Below are positions 28,685 to 32,000 of a stretch of 32,000 bases of DNA, piece after piece; the stretch's first letter is position 1, and the number at the start of each line of letters is the position of its first letter. A program made the position numbers and the translations under genes. Under the pieces are notes generated by a model that was not told the origin of the DNA, searched no databases, and saw only the letters and a list, made by a program, of their open reading frames with translations. This stretch comes from an uncultured bacterium. Lineage in GTDB: Bacteria; GCA-001730085. The stretch is from the NCBI GenBank assembly GCA_964565945.1, contig CAZMGY010000029.1, positions 4,294 to 36,293 of the forward strand. The letters run 5' to 3'.

Positions 28685-29758
28685 ATGACTACAAAAAAAA
28701 CATTGAATTATGAAAGGGATTTTTGCTCAAAAATCTCTAAGCAGTTGTATATTATTGGTATTACAGGGACCAATGGTAAAACCACGGTTTCATATTTAAT
28801 AGGAGAAGTTTTGAAGAGAGCAGGTCATTCCTCTTTTATTTTAGGTACGTTAAACTCAGGAAACAAAGACTTATCCACTCCTGAATTACCAAACATTTTA
28901 GAATTTATGAAAGCACATATAGTTCAAGGTGGAACACACTTTATTATGGAAGTAACCTCGGAAGGAATAGATCAATCTCGAATTGTAGGTATAGATTTTG
29001 ATGTCAAATTACTAACAAATATTACGCAAGATCATTTGGATTATCATAAAACATTTGAAAAATATGCAAAAACAAAGATGGATTTTATGCGTAGTGGTTC
29101 TGCACATGCAGTATATCCAAAAGACTTTGAAAAGGAACCCATTAATTTTACAACAAAACTTTTAGGTCATTTTAATCTTTTAAATATCAAAGCAGCTGCG
29201 TGTATTCTTCGTTATATGAAAATTTCTGAAATATATATTGAAGAGACCTTATCTACCTGTTCTGCACCAAGAGGTCGTATGGAAAATGTGGATATGGGGC
29301 AATTATTTATGGTGTTAATTGATTATGCACATACTCCAGATGGGCTTCAAAATGTATTGCATACAGCCAAAAAAATTGCACTAAATCGAAAAGGGGCTCT
29401 GTTAGTTCTTTTTGGTTGTGGAGGAGATAGGGATCGAGGGAAACGATCAAAAATGGGTAAAATCGCTAGTAATTTTTCTGATTTTTTAGTTATTACAGAT
29501 GATAATCCGCGTTCCGAAGACAGTTCAAAAATTATGACAGAAATTGTTGAAGGACTGAATCCTTCCTTTTCTGACTACAGATTGATTCCGAGCAGAGAAA
29601 AGGCAATTGAGTTTGTAATTAATCGAGCTCATGATAGGGATGTTGTGATTTTAGCAGGTAAAGGTCATGAAACATACCAAATTTTAAAGTCAGAAACGAT
29701 CCATTTTGATGATCGAAAAAAAGCAAAAGCTATGCTATTGAATCGATTAAAAAATTAA
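28685..29758 (+). CDS. Mur ligase family protein, MurE-derived but lacking the N-terminal domain (central ATPase and C-terminal domains only)
   Basis: 357 aa. GITGTNGKTT P-loop already at residue ~25, then TNITQDHLDYHKTFEKYAKTK, DYAHTPDGL, GCGGDRDRGKR, TDDNPRSED and AGKGHETYQ. All are MurE hallmark motifs. An in-frame stop lies at 28670..28672, and I found no N-domain-like coding in any frame upstream. Confidence 0.85.
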   Translation: MTTKKTLNYERDFCSKISKQLYIIGITGTNGKTTVSYLIGEVLKRAGHSSFILGTLNSGNKDLSTPELPNILEFMKAHIVQGGTHFIMEVTSEGIDQSRIVGIDFDVKLLTNITQDHLDYHKTFEKYAKTKMDFMRSGSAHAVYPKDFEKEPINFTTKLLGHFNLLNIKAAACILRYMKISEIYIEETLSTCSAPRGRMENVDMGQLFMVLIDYAHTPDGLQNVLHTAKKIALNRKGALLVLFGCGGDRDRGKRSKMGKIASNFSDFLVITDDNPRSEDSSKIMTEIVEGLNPSFSDYRLIPSREKAIEFVINRAHDRDVVILAGKGHETYQILKSETIHFDDRKKAKAMLLNRLKN

Positions 29759-29823
29759 TTGGAGTAGTCAAGTATTGTATGACACTCCAGTTAAGCAACT
29801 TTCCTCAGTTTGACCATGTCTGA

Positions 29824-29986
29824 TACTTCTCCCCGTGCAGTCGTCTCAAAGCCTCATTTGACCACAGTCCGAAGAAATCACATCTCAATAAAAATGGGTT
29901 TATCAAAAACAGAATTAGCAGGGTTTTAACTGAGGACAGTGCTAGTGTTGCACTTGGTTTTTGAATTCAAGCGCTACCCTTATTTC
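29824..29986 (+). mobile_element. Remnant of an IS30-family element (3' end of the transposase gene plus the terminal region), pointing rightward
   Basis: The frame ending at the TGA at 29962..29964 reads ...CSRLKASFDHSPKKSHLNKNGFIKNRISRVLTEDSASVALGF*. Positions 29921..29970 are 47/50 identical to the reverse complement of 31861..31910. Weaker similarity continues to about 29986. No transposase body lies upstream, because the Mur ligase gene ends at 29758. Confidence 0.65.
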
Positions 29987-30119
29987 TTCCTTATTTTTTT
30001 CTCAACTAAATCTATAAGAATATCTAAATTCATTTTATTTATCCACACCCTCTAAAAGAAAAATAGGAAAGCGTGTGAGTTAACCACCTAACGCCTTGCT
30101 AACTTGTTAGACTTTTTTA

Positions 30120-30386
30120 TTAACAACAGTTATCGTCAGCAGGGCAGTAAAATGATTTAAACCAAGATAGAATTATTTTCTTATCAGGAATACCTCCAGC
30201 ATGAGCGACCTTACCATCTACAATCACACCAGGTGTTGACATAATGCCGTAAGACATTATCTCTGCCATATCTTCAATCTTTTCTAAATTAATTTCTATA
30301 CCATTTTCACTGGTAACATCTTTAATTAATTTATGGGTTGTTTTGCAGTTTGCACACCCAGATCCTAATACTTTTACTTCTATCAT
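30120..30386 (-). CDS. Thioredoxin-fold small redox-active disulfide protein (thioredoxin_3 / redox-active disulfide protein 2 type)
   Basis: 88 aa. MIEVKVLGSGCANCKTT carries a CxxC, and the C-terminus is Cys-rich (YCPADDNCC). This family is commonly encoded next to ArsR plus a PF03773-type permease. Confidence 0.8.
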   Translation of the reverse strand: MIEVKVLGSGCANCKTTHKLIKDVTSENGIEINLEKIEDMAEIMSYGIMSTPGVIVDGKVAHAGGIPDKKIILSWFKSFYCPADDNCC

Positions 30387-30393
30387 AATTACC

Positions 30394-31347
30394 TCACGTT
30401 ATAAAATTTAAAAACCAGCCTACAATAATAATTGAGACTGTCACAATTCCAGTAAATAGAGCTAATGCTTGCCACTTAATTACCTTTCTTAAAATCAACA
30501 ATTCAGGCAATGAAATTGCCGCAATACTCATCATAAAGCTCAGTGTTGTACCAATGGCAACGCCTTTAATTAGCATTGCTTCAGCTAAAGGAATGACACC
30601 AACAGCATTTGAGTAAAGCGGAACGCCAATAATCACAGCCATTGGGACTGCCAATATATTGTTTGCATCTCCTAAGCTTGAAGCCCAGTCTTGGGGAAAA
30701 AAGCCATGAAACCATGCCCCTAAACCAACACTAAGTATGACCCATTTCCATATACGAGAGACAATTTCTTTAACTTCAGAAATTGCATATCGGTTCCTTG
30801 CCATTAAAGAATTATCTTGCTCAATTTTCTGGACTTCACCCATTTGAATCTTCCAAACGTAATCTTCCACCCATTTTTCAGGTTTAAATTTCTCAATGAG
30901 GATGCCGCCAAAAAAAGCCACGACCAAACCTGATGTTACATATAAAGCGGTAATTTTCCAGCCACCGATACCTAGCAACATAACAACGGCAATTTCATTA
31001 ATCATTGGACTAGCAATTAAAAATGAAAAAGTAACACCCAAAGGAATCCCCGCTTCTACAAAGCCAATAAAAAGGGGCACAGATGAGCAAGAACAAAAGG
31101 GGGTAATCGCTCCTAAAAAGATGGCCAAAATACGCGCTAAAATTTTTGACTTTCCCTGCACATAAGTCCTGACCTTTTCAGGTGATACAAAAGAACGAAA
31201 TAAACCCATAATATAAATTACAATCACAAGCATAAAAAATATTTTTGTTATATCCATAACAAAAAAATGTACGCTTTCGCCAAGACTGCTTTCAGATGAT
31301 AAGCCAAGTATTTGAAAAACAAGCCAACTTGAAAAATATTCAAACAT
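30394..31347 (-). CDS. Polytopic permease of the DUF318/ArsP type (putative organoarsenical or metalloid efflux permease)
   Basis: 317 aa with about 8 hydrophobic segments. It has the conserved ITPFCSCSSVPLF cysteine-pair motif characteristic of this permease family. It overlaps arsR by 8 nt. Confidence 0.75.
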   Translation of the reverse strand: MFEYFSSWLVFQILGLSSESSLGESVHFFVMDITKIFFMLVIVIYIMGLFRSFVSPEKVRTYVQGKSKILARILAIFLGAITPFCSCSSVPLFIGFVEAGIPLGVTFSFLIASPMINEIAVVMLLGIGGWKITALYVTSGLVVAFFGGILIEKFKPEKWVEDYVWKIQMGEVQKIEQDNSLMARNRYAISEVKEIVSRIWKWVILSVGLGAWFHGFFPQDWASSLGDANNILAVPMAVIIGVPLYSNAVGVIPLAEAMLIKGVAIGTTLSFMMSIAAISLPELLILRKVIKWQALALFTGIVTVSIIIVGWFLNFIT

Positions 31348-31690
31348 CAGTGTATTCCTTGCTTATAAGTGGTCTATTTTCCATTTTGAGCAATCTATCC
31401 CTATCTTCCTTGAAAGGAGAGATTTCTATTAATTCTTTAATGGTTTTTTTTATAATATTTTCTTTGAATTTTGACACCTCAGAACTAGGTGAATAGAGAA
31501 CCCATTGCCCCTCTCTTCGGTCAATTATCAACTTATTTAATTTTATGAGTGATAGGTGACGAGATATTTTTGATTGTAGCAAACCCAAGGCGTGAATTAA
31601 CTCGCACACACAAAGCTCCTTATTTTCATAAATTAAAGCCAGACACCTTAATCTTGTTTCATCAGATAATACTTTAAAGAACTCATTCAT
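31340..31690 (-). CDS. arsR: ArsR/SmtB-family metalloregulatory repressor
   Basis: 116 aa. LSDETRLRCLALI...ELCVCELIHALGLLQSKISRHLSLIK is a winged HTH carrying the ELCVC(D/E)L As(III)-binding cysteine pair of type-1 ArsR. AGGAGG RBS 8 nt upstream. Confidence 0.88.
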   Translation of the reverse strand: MNEFFKVLSDETRLRCLALIYENKELCVCELIHALGLLQSKISRHLSLIKLNKLIIDRREGQWVLYSPSSEVSKFKENIIKKTIKELIEISPFKEDRDRLLKMENRPLISKEYTDV

Positions 31691-31708
31691 TTAGCAAACC
31701 TCCTTATC

Positions 31709-31777
31709 TGCATATGTGCATATGTGCATATGTGCAGATCAATATATTATTGTACCCCAAAAATATCGATAAGTCTA
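31709..31777 (-). promoter_or_regulatory. arsR leader: triple 8-bp tandem repeat (candidate operator) downstream of a putative promoter
   Basis: (TGCATATG)x3 plus TGCA at 31709..31736, each unit containing the CATATG palindrome, 18 nt upstream of the arsR ATG. On the minus strand: TAGACT (31777..31772), a 17-nt spacer, then TACAAT (31754..31749). Confidence 0.45.
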
Positions 31778-31844
31778 CTGAGGGTATGTTTTTTATAGTC
31801 TAACTATTTATTAACGGAACATTATATGTATCTTATTGAAATTT

Positions 31845-32000
31845 AAAATAAGGGGACGCCTTGAATTCAAAAACCAAATGCAACACTATCACTGTCCTCA
31901 GTTAAAATCCTGCGCATCATATCCTCTGGAGTTTTAAAGTCAAATCTTTTTCTAGGTCGAGTATTAAGCAACTGAGCAATTTCATCTAAATCCTTTTGAC
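31845..32000 (-). mobile_element. IS30-family insertion sequence, terminal region; the element continues beyond the window
   Basis: The terminal ~65 bp matches the remnant at 29921..29986 in inverted orientation. It contains the transposase 3' end (see the CDS 31867..32000). Confidence 0.75.
31867..32000 (-). CDS. IS30-family transposase, C-terminal 44 codons only (5' part outside the window)
   Basis: My own minus-strand translation gives QKDLDEIAQLLNTRPRKRFDFKTPEDMMRRILTEDSDSVAFGF*. LNxRPRKxLxxKTPxE is the characteristic IS30 transposase C-terminal motif. Confidence 0.75.
   Translation of the reverse strand, partial: QKDLDEIAQLLNTRPRKRFDFKTPEDMMRRILTEDSDSVAFGF

Noticed and set aside
1-32000. 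CRISPR arrays, rRNA genes, prophage structural genes, toxin-antitoxin pairs and known defence-system signatures.
   Set aside because: No regularly spaced direct repeats, no rRNA-like conserved blocks, and no ORFs with capsid, terminase, integrase, nuclease-helicase or similar motifs were recognised. The only mobile-element signal is the IS30 pair.

Overview
This 32-kb bacterial window is a densely packed housekeeping backbone up to about 27.3 kb, followed by an AT-rich accessory region. All family calls rest on motif recognition by eye; no database search was run.

Backbone, minus strand:
- purF-rfbA-rfbB-rfbD, all joined by 4-nt ATGA overlaps.
- A secreted FG-GAP-like protein with a G12 homopolymer just before its stop.
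- An orphan solute-binding lipoprotein.
- The overlapping tmk-holB-ricT-metG-tatD operon.

Backbone, plus strand: lepA-lepB-der, plsY, gpsA, tRNA-Pro(GGG) and nadE. A TPR protein lies on the minus strand between plsY and gpsA.

Secretion cluster: from 21.5 kb a double zinc-ribbon membrane protein precedes a secretin / GspE-PilB-type ATPase / GspF-PilC-type platform trio. No pilin, pseudopilin or prepilin peptidase gene is visible in the window.

Accessory region: composition turns visibly AT-rich directly after the platform gene stop (27340). It contains:
- A near-consensus sigma70 promoter driving a signal-peptide-bearing CX5R phosphatase.
- A MurE-derived ligase that lacks the entire N-terminal domain.
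- An arsR / ArsP-like permease / thioredoxin-like cassette. It is bracketed by two inward-facing IS30-family ends (47/50 identical in my manual alignment); one is a remnant and one runs off the window.

No CRISPR array, rRNA or phage structural genes were seen. The best candidates for something undescribed are the pilin-less secretin cluster with its zinc-ribbon partner, and the secreted phosphatase plus two-domain MurE-like ligase in the island right behind it.
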